Assembly: GCF_006345805.1 (NCBI RefSeq)
Contig: NC_043000.1
Coordinates: 21,080,001 to 21,144,000 of the forward strand
Reading direction: 5' to 3'
From: Octopus sinensis
Lineage: Eukaryota
Length of the DNA: 64,000 nucleotides
Of this stretch, positions 24,416 to 35,589 are shown piece by piece; positions within the stretch are counted from its first letter, which is position 1, and each line of letters begins with the position of its first letter. The notes below the pieces were generated by a model. It had not been told where the DNA came from. It saw only the letters and a list, made by a program, of their open reading frames with translations, and ran no database searches. Position numbers and translations under genes: made by a program.

Positions 24416-25840
24416 CAATAGACAGCCCACAGAACTATGTCCGGGCTATGCAACAATACGTCAGTAGCATGAGAGAAGTTGCATCACAGGAAGAGGAAAG
24501 AATGGAAAATCTTCTCAATACACACATGGTAATGTGGTACAACATATTCCAACCCAAGAAACAGATTGCACAAAATTTCCAAGCATTCAACAACGATGTT
24601 CTTACGCTATACGGGTTACGTAAGGACCATAAACCTTACGTAAAAGCTGTTATGGGCCCCCGAATCTGGCCAGTTTGCGGAGCGAATATCTCCAGCAATT
24701 ACAGGATATCCTACTTTCTTTCACAGGTGTTACGATGACTCATTGAAATATCCCTGGATGTCTGTGTGAGCACAGGGGATCTCCTCAGTAGAAGCAGTAG
24801 TTTCAACCACTCCAACGATCTCACAGGTTGTATAGTGAGCAGTATGGATGTAGTTTCACTCTACCCATCTATAGACATACATTTTGCTGTGAAAAAAATG
24901 CATTGAGATTATCTTTGAGAGGGAGGTAGAGTTCCGCGAAGTCAATACGAGGGAACTGGGCCTCCTCCTTAAACTAAGACGTGACTGTAACTACCTAGAC
25001 AATCCTAACCTCAATAGATTCCCTCCCACCAGGTCACAGAGGGGAAGACCACCCTCCATCACCTCGGCAGTGAATAAAAGTACCGCAGAGCGCTGGAGTG
25101 GCTGGACTATACCCACCCAGGATCCTGAGAACAACAGTCAGGTGAAAAGAATGATTGTATATGCAATAGGAGCTAGCACAAGAACCAGTTTGAAGAACCA
25201 CATAATAAAGTTTAACGGGAAACTATACATGCAAGTTCAAGGTGCAAGCATTGGTGTCGGTGTGGCTGGAGATGTTGTTGGCCTCTTCATGACATGGTGG
25301 GACAGTAAACTTAAGCAATCCTTAGCTGAACAATCCACAACTGTTTTGCTTTACTGTAGGTATGTAGATGACATTAATATTCTAGTTAGGATAAACACTA
25401 GGAAACTGCAATATAGAAACTGAGAGTAGCATATGGAAAGCATCCAGCATGTAGCTAACTCTATCCACCAAATGTCAAGGTAACCATAGATTACCCCACT
25501 AGACACCATAACAATTGCCTCCCTATCCTTGATACTGAACTTTGATTAGAAACTGTGAACAACAGAGTGCAGCTCCTCCACTCCTATTACATGTAACCCA
25601 TAGCTTCTAAATATGTTGTTCACAAGAAGTTTGTCGCACAACATGAAAATCAACATACTGATAGTTGACTTAGGATAATGAACAACGTGTTCTCCTTATG
25701 CGAACCCTATGAAACAAAGAAACATGTACAGGAATTCGTGCTCCATATGCAATTCTCTGGATATGACCAGAAAGATATAGTTCGAGTATACAGGGGAGCT
25801 AGAAAGGAGTTAGATGGTATTATGTGTAATGAAACCAGTT
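24415..25840 (+). pseudogene. Penelope-like reverse transcriptase relic, probably Naiad-type
   Basis: LYGLRKDHK, PVCGANI..NYRISYFLS, SMDVVSLYPSID, ~100-aa insert, QVQGASIGVGVAG..FMTWWD, RYVDD (YVDD at 25361-25372), C-terminal MQFSGY; abuts (TA)n at 24358-24414; stops and frameshifts. Clade call rests on motif recognition. Confidence 0.8.
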
Positions 25841-26494
25841 ATAAAGAACGAATATCAGTTCTATCGCCTGAAATTTGAATCCGCATCTTAGGATTACTGG
25901 TTGCACTTTCGCCCGTCAAATCAGTTTGCGGCGAGAAAAACTTCTTTGTTCTGTCAATTGAAACAGTGATTGATGAGTTTTTAATGACCAGCTTAGTAAA
26001 ATTAAGTTCACATGAACCGGATCTAAACTGAATATTTAGCTAAGGTTTGTCCATCTTTCTATCGACTGCAAACTTTTATAAATAGGACCAGCCAAAGGGA
26101 CCCAGTTTCCTACTTGTGATCGTGACAGCCTGTTGCAGACGGTTTGGGGGCTGAACGAGGAACGATGGCATTGGGTCAAACAAACTACTGTAAACATCTC
26201 TCCTTTCTCCCCCACTCATTTGTTTCACGCTTCATTAAGCTATGTAATTGTCATGCCTACTACATTTACATATTACCCTCTCCATTACATCTGTCACACC
26301 TCTGTTTCCGCCTCTATTTCCCCTAATATGGTTGGTGTTACTCTCGTCGGAGGGGTTTTCAATGCGTACCATTCTATTGGTTCGCCTTCTTTCTATACGT
26401 TGCTTAGTTCTGTTAGAAGTTAAATTAGAATTAGCGTTAGCTTGGGCTGAATACGGAGTTCGCTTATAAGTGGGAGTTTTACAGCTGACGGACG

Positions 26495-27026
26495 TCAACA
26501 CAACAGAGGCAACACCACACCCATCAACAACCAGGAGGATAACAGTGCTCCTACACTTAATGCAACACCTCCGCCTGGGGCTAATAGCACACGACCGGGA
26601 AACGCAGTGCCCTGCAACTGCATAAGTGCACCCGAATGTCCGTTACGTGGGGAATGTCGGGCTAAAAACGTAATCTATTCATGTGAGGTGAGTACCCAGT
26701 TTAACACACTCACCTACATAGGTTACTCGACCTCCTGGAAATCCAGATACTACAACCACCGGTCCTCGTTCAAGCATAGACACAAGGCTAGCAGCACCTC
26801 CCTATCTAAAAAAATTTGGGAATTAAAAGACAATAGCATAGGTTTCAAACTCAGGTGGTCCATCATCGGATCAGCTGCACCTTATTTAAATAATAGAACA
26901 GGATGTGTGGAACTCCTGAATATCTTGAAATTCAAGGAGAAACACAATCTAATTAATAAAAGATCTGAATTCAAGCCCTCTTGTATACACAAACTAACCA
27001 ATACTTTTAAATACTACAAAGCTTAG
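26495..27026 (+). pseudogene. C-terminal GIY-YIG endonuclease of a Penelope-like element, Hydra-clade-like
   Basis: CNC..CPLRGEC..NVIYSC..TYIG..WKSRYYNH..SF..TSLSKKIWELK..W..LINKRSE..CIH (ORF 26607..27026). Confidence 0.8.
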
Positions 27027-27084
27027 GCTATTATACCAACTCCCCCAAGCAATATCCTCCCATCCCAGTACAACTTGTCGGCTC

Positions 27085-28420
27085 CAGCACATCCCATTTT
27101 TTTCCTATATATATATATATTATTCCTATATATATATTTTGTCTCCCATATATTTTTTTCCTATATATTTCTTTTCCTACATCTATCTTTTTCCTATATA
27201 TATATTTTTTCTCCTATACCTATACCTTTTTCCATTTCTAGCTTTGATGTTGAGCGCACACCCCCGAACCCCGCTTCCCACCCTTTCACTTATGACTACT
27301 CCGTAATTTTCCCCTCTTCCCTGCCTCAGTCCCCCTCCCCGCCCCTAGGTGGTCACCTTTAACACACACCTGTAACTTTACCTTTGCAACCACCTTTTAT
27401 TTTTACCTTCATTTCATGTTAATCTTTACTCGATTACCTTTATGTTTTATTTTATTTTATTTCTAATTTTTAATTTTATCCTTATTTTTACTTCTATTTT
27501 TACCCCTATTTTATTACTTTTTATCTCTTTGTATGTCTATTTTCAGTTCTTTTTCCTTATATGCTTATCTATGTATCTGTATGTATATGTATATATGTGT
27601 GTGCATATGAATATGTATGTGTGTTTATATGTATATGCCTTTTTTATATTTTTTTTGTATTTTTTAATATTTTTTATATATTTTATATATATCTATATAT
27701 GTGTGTGTGTCTGTGTATGTATATGTATGTGTATACGCATATATAGACACACAGATATATGTGTGTGCGTGTGGATGTGAGTGTGTGGGTCCATGTGTAT
27801 GTATATATGCGTGTATGTATATATATGTGTGTGTGTATGTATGTACACATATATATGCGTGTGTGTGTATGTGTATATGTATATGTATGTGTATATATAT
27901 ATGTATATATATATGTGTGTGTGTGTGTGCATATATATATGTATATGTATATATTCTGTTATACTTTCTTACCCTCTGGTTTCTTACTTTCATGTCTACC
28001 TTTTGTACCCACTATAATTCCGTATCTTGCCTGTGTGCGAGAATGGATCTACTTGTTATACCTGTGTCTGTGCATATGCATATTTTTGTGTATATGCATA
28101 GGGATCTACTCCCCCATGTGTGCGGGTGTGGGCGTGAGTGTGGGTGTATACATATTTTTGCCCATATGCATAGAGATTCACTTCGTCTTGTGAATGAGTG
28201 TAAGTGCGAGTGTGCCTGTATGTGCGCATGTGCGTGTATGTATATACGTACGTATGCGCGTCAGTTCGTGTACCCAACTACCTGCGCCTTTTCCCGTATG
28301 TATCTGTATATTTTTACACGAGAGTACGTATGTATGCTTGTATGCTTGTGGTTGTGTATGCGTGCGTATATGTACGCGTGTATATGTGTATATGTATCCA
28401 TACGTGTACGTATGTACATG
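27085..28420. repeat. Pyrimidine-rich and (TG/TA)n microsatellite mosaic downstream of the GIY-YIG fragment
   Basis: Direct inspection. Confidence 0.85.
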
Positions 28421-28839
28421 TTGACCACTAGACAATTTACGAGGAAATAAATAAGCGGTTTAACCACAAACCAGACCACCCTAATCTGCAATATACTGGG
28501 TCCCCAGACGTCCCAGTTGATTTATGACACCCACTGCTTAGGCTTCTACAACCAGAATATGTCATCTTCCTGACCACCATGTTAGTTCGTAACCACTTTA
28601 TATCCTTTATCCTTATATTCTTTTATATCTTTATATTCTTATATCCTTTTATATTTTTGATACTTTTATATATTTTTTTATATCTTTATATTCATTTATA
28701 CTTTTTTTATATTTCTTTATATCTTTATATTTTATATTTCTATATTTATATATTTTTATCTTTTATATTTTTATATTTTTTTATCTTTCGTCCTTAATTC
28801 TCGCCCCTCTATCTTTATCCCTATTTACTCTTATTACCA

Positions 28840-29144
28840 GGTTCCTTCACGTCTGTGTGTATTTATATATTTATTTATTCATTTATTTATATTACGTCAA
28901 CATCCAAACTTCCTCATTCTACATTGAGAGAAAGATGGGATGGACGCTTCATTTTTGTGCTGGTACCGCATTATGTCGTACGCGACTGAGAGGATTTGCA
29001 TCCCCAACGTAGAATTTTTGATGTAATACATGTCTTTGAAGTAGTAATTGTGCGCAGCTGAAGGCCATAGACACACATTATGCATTGTTATACATCCGTC
29101 TAATAAAGGCCCGAAACATATGTACCGCTGAATCCTTGCATCAT

Positions 29145-29145
<1 letters not shown>
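28840..29145 (+). mobile_element. Probable Penelope-like pseudo-LTR/3' end with a hammerhead-like motif
   Basis: CTGAAGG-cc..ggcc-c-GAAA-catatgta at 29058-29124; ends at (TA)n. Assignment is inference. Confidence 0.45.
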
Positions 29146-29224
<79 letters not shown>

Positions 29225-29353
29225 TAAAAGGAATTCCAACCTTGTCTGATTTTCACGTTTTATTTACAATCTTATAACGATATATTATAAGATAATATAT
29301 TATAATTGAATAAAATAAAATGAAATAGTAGAATGTTAAATGTTCATTCTGAT

Positions 29354-29398
29354 TGAACTAGTACTTTCATGCATTGAATTCTGCAATCTTCGGGTTCA
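29354..29398 (-). ncRNA. Minimal type I hammerhead-like ribozyme, core variant
   Basis: Minus strand: UGAAC-CCGAAGA-UUGCA-GAAUUCAA-UGCAU-GAAA-GUAC-U-A-GUUCA; 5-bp stem I, palindromic stem III (AGUACU). Confidence 0.6.
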
Positions 29399-29892
29399 TG
29401 TAGTAGTGTTGACAGTCATGCTTCACAATTTTTGACTGTAGCAAGATGATTGATTCTGTGCTATAAATACAGCTGGGTAGGCTCCAGAGTGCTAGGTTTT
29501 GCAAACTGTATTCTGACCAATCAGTGTGTAGTATCACTCAATTACTTAAGCTGATTGGTTGGTTGAGCTGATTGGTTTAGGAATCACGCTTTGTTGGACA
29601 TGTCAAGAGTCCTGTATCTTGACCCTGGCCGAAGCAGCAATTGTTGGGTTATTTTTAGAAATGTTGTAAATATCCTTTGTCAGAGATTTTTATATTTTTA
29701 TATTTCAATTGTCATCATCATCATTGTCAGCACCTTAATTATTGTTGCTAGTGGTGATGGTGGTGGCAATAGAACTTTTAAACCTAAATAAGATAATTTT
29801 CCTGCTATCTTCATCTTGATCACCTTTAGTATTGTTGTTGTTGTTAGTGGTCATGGTCGTAGCAGTAGAAGTAATACCTCTAAGTATTATTA

Positions 29893-30590
29893 TTATTGCT
29901 TATTTAGCTTGGGTTCGAATTTATCAATAAAATTCTTTTCTCTGATTCTCCTCTCGATTTCACTTGGGCTGTGTAATTTGTAGAACGGAAATATTATATA
30001 CATTTTCCGGCCACATGTTGCTAGGTGGTTACTCAAAGGTATCTGACGGACCTCTGGGTCTCTAATCTGTTGCCGGTGTACACGTGAGCGTTCTAATAGT
30101 GCGTTTCCCGTCTGACCTACATATATTTCATCACAATTTGGGCATTTGATGCAGTAAATTAAATTTCTGCTTTTGCAGTTCATATTCGCGTTTGTGAATA
30201 TTTTCCCGGTTTTTGTGTTTATATATTGACCGGTATGTATGAATTGGCATGTGCCACATCGGCTATCATTGCATTTAGATACCGTGAATGTTTGGTCTTT
30301 GTTGCTAAGGTCAAATTTTGCCTTTGTTAGTAATGTTTTCAAGTTTTTAGGCTGTCTTTTACTAAGCACCATAGCTCGATCCGTGATTATGTCTTTTAAT
30401 TCATTACTTTGGGCAATGATTGGTAGGTTTGCTTTGGCAATGTTGAAGATATTCTGGTGACATGGGTTGTGTGTCACTATGAATGGTATGACTTGTTCTT
30501 GTTTTCCTCTTCCTTGGGTTGTCCTAAGTTGTTGTATGGGTATTTTTATAGCCCGCTGTATGCCATTTTCTATAAGTAGAGATGGGTATT
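29893..30590 (-). CDS. Penelope-like GIY-YIG endonuclease region, downstream of the frameshift
   Basis: Track ORF 29893..30663 from KYPSLL onward: LIYCIKCPNCDEIYVGQTG..R..H..LSNH..ERRIREKNFI. Confidence 0.85.
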
Positions 30591-32150
30591 TTGTTTGAGC
30601 AAAAATTCTCTTAGTTCTATTAGGCGTTTGTTCCTGATATTTGCATCTTCTACAATGGTACAAATTCTTCTGGCTAGGCAGTATGGGATGTTACGTTTTG
30701 TATGTGGTGGATGGCACGACTTAAAATTTAGGTATTGATGTGTGTCTGTGTGTTTATAGTATATATCTGTGGTGATGGTGGTGTCTTTTTTAATTACCAT
30801 TATATCTAGGAATGGTAATTTGGTACTACTCATCTCCTTTGTAAATTGGAGAGATGGGTGTAGGTTGTTCAGGAGGATATTGAACTCTTCCAGAGTATTT
30901 AGAGATTCTGTCCAGATTATGAAGCAGTCGTCTAGGTATCTCTTCCATGCCTTTTCAATATACTTTCTAAATCCAGTGCCATAGTTTACCTCCACCTCTT
31001 GGTAGAGTTGTTGTTCTAAGTATCCCATTACAGAGTTGGCGTAAACGGGAGCAAACCTCGTTCCCATCGCCGTGCCTCTAATTTGGATGTAATTATTTCC
31101 ATTGAAGAAGAATGTGTTATTTTCTAGAATAAGTTTGACTGTGTCTAATATAAATGGCACTGTGAATCTGCTGGGAATCACTTCTCTATGTTTTTCTAAC
31201 CAGTATTTAATCGCCTTTATTCCTAAATCGTGTGGAATATTGGTGTAGAGGCTTACCACATCAAAACTTAGTAAAACTGAATTTGTTTCTGTTGTTTTGG
31301 GAAGATGGGACAGGAAGTCGATGTCATCCCTGATGAAACTTGGTATGTAAGTACATAGTGGTTTCAAAACAATGTCAATAAAATTGCTTAGACGGTGTGT
31401 AGGGCATGCTGGACCAGCTATAATAGGTCTAAGTTTTAGGTCTTTTGGATGTAATAATTTTATGTACTCACTTTCTTGTTCTTTTACTGCCTGTTGAATA
31501 TTTTTTGATTTGTGTATTTTTGGTAAGCCGTAGAAGTTGCTGGGTTTTGGTTCGAAATTGGTGATGTAGTCTTTTTCATTATCCGTAAGTGAGTTGTGGT
31601 GTGTTGAGATCAGGTTGTTGATCTTTTTCATGATGTGGTGGTCTATATTTGCGGGTATTTCACAATAGAAGGTTGTATCCTTCAGTTGGTCTTCAACCAA
31701 ATCCTTATAGTATTCGGTATCCATAATAACAATTGCACCACCTTTATCTGCTTGTTTAATTATTATTGTTTGATCGTTTTGTATACGTTTACATGCAGAC
31801 ATCTCTGATTTGCTAATGTTTGGCCTAACATTGGTATTGCGTCTAAAGGGAAATTTAGACAGGATATCAATGTATTGGTCAAGGTAGTTATTTCTTCCTT
31901 TTGGTGGGGTGAAATTTGATTTATTCCTTACTAGGGATTCATCAATCTCATTACTTTTGTTAGCGAAGAATTCTACAAGTCGTAATTTTCGACAGAATTT
32001 TTGGATATCCTCCTTTAATTCTTGGTGGTTGGCTGTTGGTGTAGGTGTGAATTTCAGTCCTTTTGACAGAAGTTGGATTTCATCATTGTCAAAATCTCTT
32101 TTTGATAAATTAATTATTTTAGGATCTATACGTTCAGTTGTTTGGGGTAT
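30570..32150 (-). CDS. Penelope-like reverse transcriptase, open frame upstream of the frameshift
   Basis: Track ORF 30570..31802; by eye the frame stays open upstream to the (TA)n at ~32150. Confidence 0.85.
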   Translation of the reverse strand: MPQTTERIDPKIINLSKRDFDNDEIQLLSKGLKFTPTPTANHQELKEDIQKFCRKLRLVEFFANKSNEIDESLVRNKSNFTPPKGRNNYLDQYIDILSKFPFRRNTNVRPNISKSEMSACKRIQNDQTIIIKQADKGGAIVIMDTEYYKDLVEDQLKDTTFYCEIPANIDHHIMKKINNLISTHHNSLTDNEKDYITNFEPKPSNFYGLPKIHKSKNIQQAVKEQESEYIKLLHPKDLKLRPIIAGPACPTHRLSNFIDIVLKPLCTYIPSFIRDDIDFLSHLPKTTETNSVLLSFDVVSLYTNIPHDLGIKAIKYWLEKHREVIPSRFTVPFILDTVKLILENNTFFFNGNNYIQIRGTAMGTRFAPVYANSVMGYLEQQLYQEVEVNYGTGFRKYIEKAWKRYLDDCFIIWTESLNTLEEFNILLNNLHPSLQFTKEMSSTKLPFLDIMVIKKDTTITTDIYYKHTDTHQYLNFKSCHPPHTKRNIPYCLARRICTIVEDANIRNKRLIELREFLLKQNTHLYL

Positions 32151-32155
32151 ATATA

Positions 32156-32197
<42 letters not shown>

Positions 32198-32609
32198 ATA
32201 ATATATATATATACATATACATATATGTATATAGGTAAATAGATATGTAGATAAACAGACAGATAAGAAGAAAAATAGGTACATAGGTAGTACGGTAGTA
32301 CGGTAGTACGGTAGTACGGACAGACAACCACACACACACATACACACATACATACACAAAAGATGACTGACACACTCAACGCTCAACCTCCAAGCTTTGC
32401 CTGAAGAAGGCGCTTCACAAATTAGAGCACAACTCTTCAATACTGCTTAATAAAAAACAATGAGGCCCTAAGCACATGCAACCACCGCTTTTTTCACACA
32501 TGTATGTATATATGTATGTATGCATGCGTGATATATGTACACGTGTGTACAGGTGTGACAATACATAGAGATACACCTATATATGAGTGTGTGTGTATAT
32601 ATATATATA

Positions 32610-34178
32610 TCTATATATAAAACTGAGAATGTGTGTCTGTCTGTCTGACTTTATGTGTTTCCCTAAAACGTGAGAACTATACAACCAATTTCATTCAAAT
32701 TTTACACATGCCTTACTTAGGGTCCATGTAGTTTCATGGACAAACAAATGCTCAATTTCTTGCCTAGGGCGTGCCCATAGCAATGTCATATCTTCTCCAC
32801 TATTTCAGTATTACGTGTTAAAAGTGAAACAAAAACATTTCTCGATTTTATGTCAGATACTTTCACTTTAACAATAAAAATTAGAGTTAATAATAACAAT
32901 TGAATTATATGTAGTAAGTAATAATTAAAATCAAACTAAAGTATAATATAATCGTAACATAACAAATGTAAAAATAGCAAATGGTATAAAATTGCATCAA
33001 TGACTTGAACTTGAATAAGTGGTTTCACATGAATGGGAATAAATTAAAAATAAAATTAGCGTGCAGAAATGAAATAGTCCAGATGGAGCTGTGCTTTTAC
33101 ATTAGATTATCTGCTAATTAGCTAGCATTAAGTATCTATATGAGGTTTGGCTGTATGTAATATCTGTTTTCTCGAACAGCCGCTTCTACAGAGTACTGCT
33201 GTTGGTTATTTCTTATACATAAAGGACTAAAGCTTCAACTGCTTACTGCTTTCTGATTCATCGTAAGGTTTGTTGTTATTATTATTATTACTGTTTAACT
33301 ATTGTTATCACGTTTGTTGGTTCCTCGTACAGGAAACATTGTTGTGTTGCATTTGTTAAATAATTGTAAACTGTAACCCTCCTCCTTTGGGAGAAGGAGC
33401 TTTGGTTATTGTTTAAAAATTGAATTGTGTCCCAGTTTGGGGAAATTGACAATATTTTCACCGTTTACACGGAAGCATTTTTGTTAGAATGCCTTCGATA
33501 GAAGAAAGTCCAAAAATGAATTTCGCTGCAGCCGTCGGCGGGCGCGAACTCATTGAAATTAAAATGGAAGAAATACGGATTGATCACCGACAAAGACGGT
33601 GAATCTAGGATAACACCACAAAACGAAATAAAAAATTAAATTAAAGAAAAGACTATTGTCTATAAAGTATACAACGTAGAGAAAAAAAAGATTTGAACAC
33701 CTGGAGGAAAGCACCATCGAAAAGTGTCTTGGTGCGACTATGAAAGATATCTAACCAGAGGCGGTAAATTCGCCACAATAGAAGCAAAGTTCGAGTCAAC
33801 GGAGCGTACAAGGGAGTACTCGACTGGAACCTTGCAAAGTGGAAATATTTTATTTTTACCTTTATATCATTGACGTAGGACGTCCCGGATGAAATTTTTA
33901 AATGCCCCCCACCCCCAGAAGTAGAGGTAGGCTGGATTGTAGCCCCACTTCTATATAAGAGGGAGGACAAGATACAATTGCAAGAGACGGGCCTGCAATT
34001 CCAGTCTTATATATTTTGAGTATTGTTATCACTAGCGATATCAAGATATAACTTTGTATTTTGTATTTTATGTGTAGATGTATATATATATAGATGTACA
34101 TGTAATATGTACACATATATATGCACATATATACATGCACTAGCACTATGACCCGACAACGACGGGTCATAATGCTAG
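32610..34178 (+). mobile_element. Non-autonomous Helitron (~1.57 kb)
   Basis: A|TCtatatataaaactgagaatgtgtgtctgtctg start; hairpin cccgacaacgacggg then CTAG|T; paralogue at 42583-43713. Confidence 0.85.
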
Positions 34179-34257
34179 TATATATATATAAATACGGTGA
34201 CTAGCGCCCTTAATCCCTTTAGTGACGTATATATACATATATATATATATATATATA

Positions 34258-34674
34258 CGTCACTAAAGGGATTAAGGGCGCTAGTCAGCACCAGTTTTGC
34301 TAGAAAAAGGAGTTAAAAACAACTCATAGCGACAAGGTAGTACTTATCTTAATGACCAAGGGACGCAAGCTCCCTTATTGCATCCGGGCACAGCCTGATC
34401 ACAAGTGATTTCGCATTTTTATTAATGATCATCAGTGGCTCTCAATCGGCGCCTAGAGTTAAACTCAGCTCGCCTTGTCACTCTATAAGACTACCGTAGA
34501 AATCACACGCCGAGTTTAACTCAAGGCACCGGGTGAGAGCCACTCACGAGCATTATTAAAAATGTGAAATCCCTGATGATCTGGCTATGCCCGGATGCTG
34601 TAGGGAGCTTGTCTCTCTTGTCAGTCATTCAGCAATACTAGCGTTGACTAGCGCCTTCAGTCACTTTAGTGACG
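34258..34674. mobile_element. Foldback MITE with TA flanks
   Basis: ~30-bp imperfect TIRs (cgtcactaaag..ctagtca / tgactagcg..ctttagtgacg) plus ~120-bp internal inverted arms. Confidence 0.8.
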
Positions 34675-34739
34675 TATATATCATGCTAACGATTCTTCCG
34701 GCTCACTGTCTTGAGATAATTGTAATATTAGTATCTCAT

Positions 34740-35542
34740 TAATATATATCTGATAAGCTGACCTGCCAACTTTTGTTATTCCAGATTGAAGACGACGGCT
34801 GTAATAGCACTTTGAACACATTCTACTAAATACTGTCACAGCAGACTAGTTTGCTGAAAGCTGAAGGGACGTGAAAATAATTTGGAAACTCGTTATGCAA
34901 TAAGGCTTTGTGTTAAACTCGGTATAAACGCTACAGAGACTTTTGAATGCTGCAAACTGCTTATGGATTAACTTGTTTGAGCTGAACATCTACCTTTCGC
35001 TGCTACAAGAGCTCAGGCAAGGCAATTCCCTCGGGAAGCTCATTATGATCCCCCTTTTCGACAGGAACGACATCATATGCATCCACTGGGTTCCCTTTGG
35101 CAAGATAGTCAACAAAGAGCTCCCATTGGAGGTTTTGAAGGATTTCAGCAGATACTTCGTTGAAAAAAGGCCATAACAATTGTACCAATTCACAATTCTG
35201 TCCTGGTAACCAAATACTTCACAGAGGTGGGCATCAAAACTGACCCTCACCTTCCCTAAAATCCTTGCTGCCTGTGACTTTTAGTTGCTCCTTAAACAGA
35301 AAGAGAAATTCATGGGTAGTTGTTTTAAAGACGTAGAGAAAATGACGGAGGCTGTGACAAGGATCCAGGGCAATTTCACTTCGAAGGACTCTCATGGAGC
35401 CTAATGAAGTTGCTGGAACATTATAACAAGAGCATTGAAGTCAAAGGATCCTACTTTGAAGAAGATTTAAGTTTTGCACTTCTTTGAAATTAATAAACAT
35501 CTCTCCTGAAAAAGTCTGTAAACTTCTGGAATGCACTTTGTA
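34740..35542 (+). mobile_element. Mariner relic with internal deletion
   Basis: RYAIRLCVKLGINATETFE-like N-terminus, KLIMIPLFD..IHWVP..VNKE, LAACDF; TIR-like aaagtctgtaaacttctggaatgcactttgta at 35511-35542. Confidence 0.75.
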
Positions 35543-35589
35543 CATCACAAAGACTAAGATCATGTTCAGAATCAGGAAACTTTCAGAAT

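Larger units (their letters stand above)
29230..32150 (-). mobile_element. Penelope-like element, Neptune-type architecture (RT + Cys linker + GIY-YIG), near intact, bounded by (TA)n
   Basis: INLSKR..LLSKGLKFTPTP, KQADKGG, FYGLPKIHK, LRPII, FDVVSLYTNIP, QIRGTAMGTRFAP, RYLDD, LPFLD, CNDSRCGTC, LIYCIKC..YVGQT; apparently a single frameshift near 30590; 3' pseudo-LTR about 29230-29660. Confidence 0.93.

Noticed and set aside
24736-24738. In-frame TGA in the Naiad-type RT as selenocysteine
   Set aside because: Some Naiads encode selenoproteins, but this copy also has frameshifts and other stops, the TGA does not appear to be at a cysteine-like position, and no SECIS was recognised.
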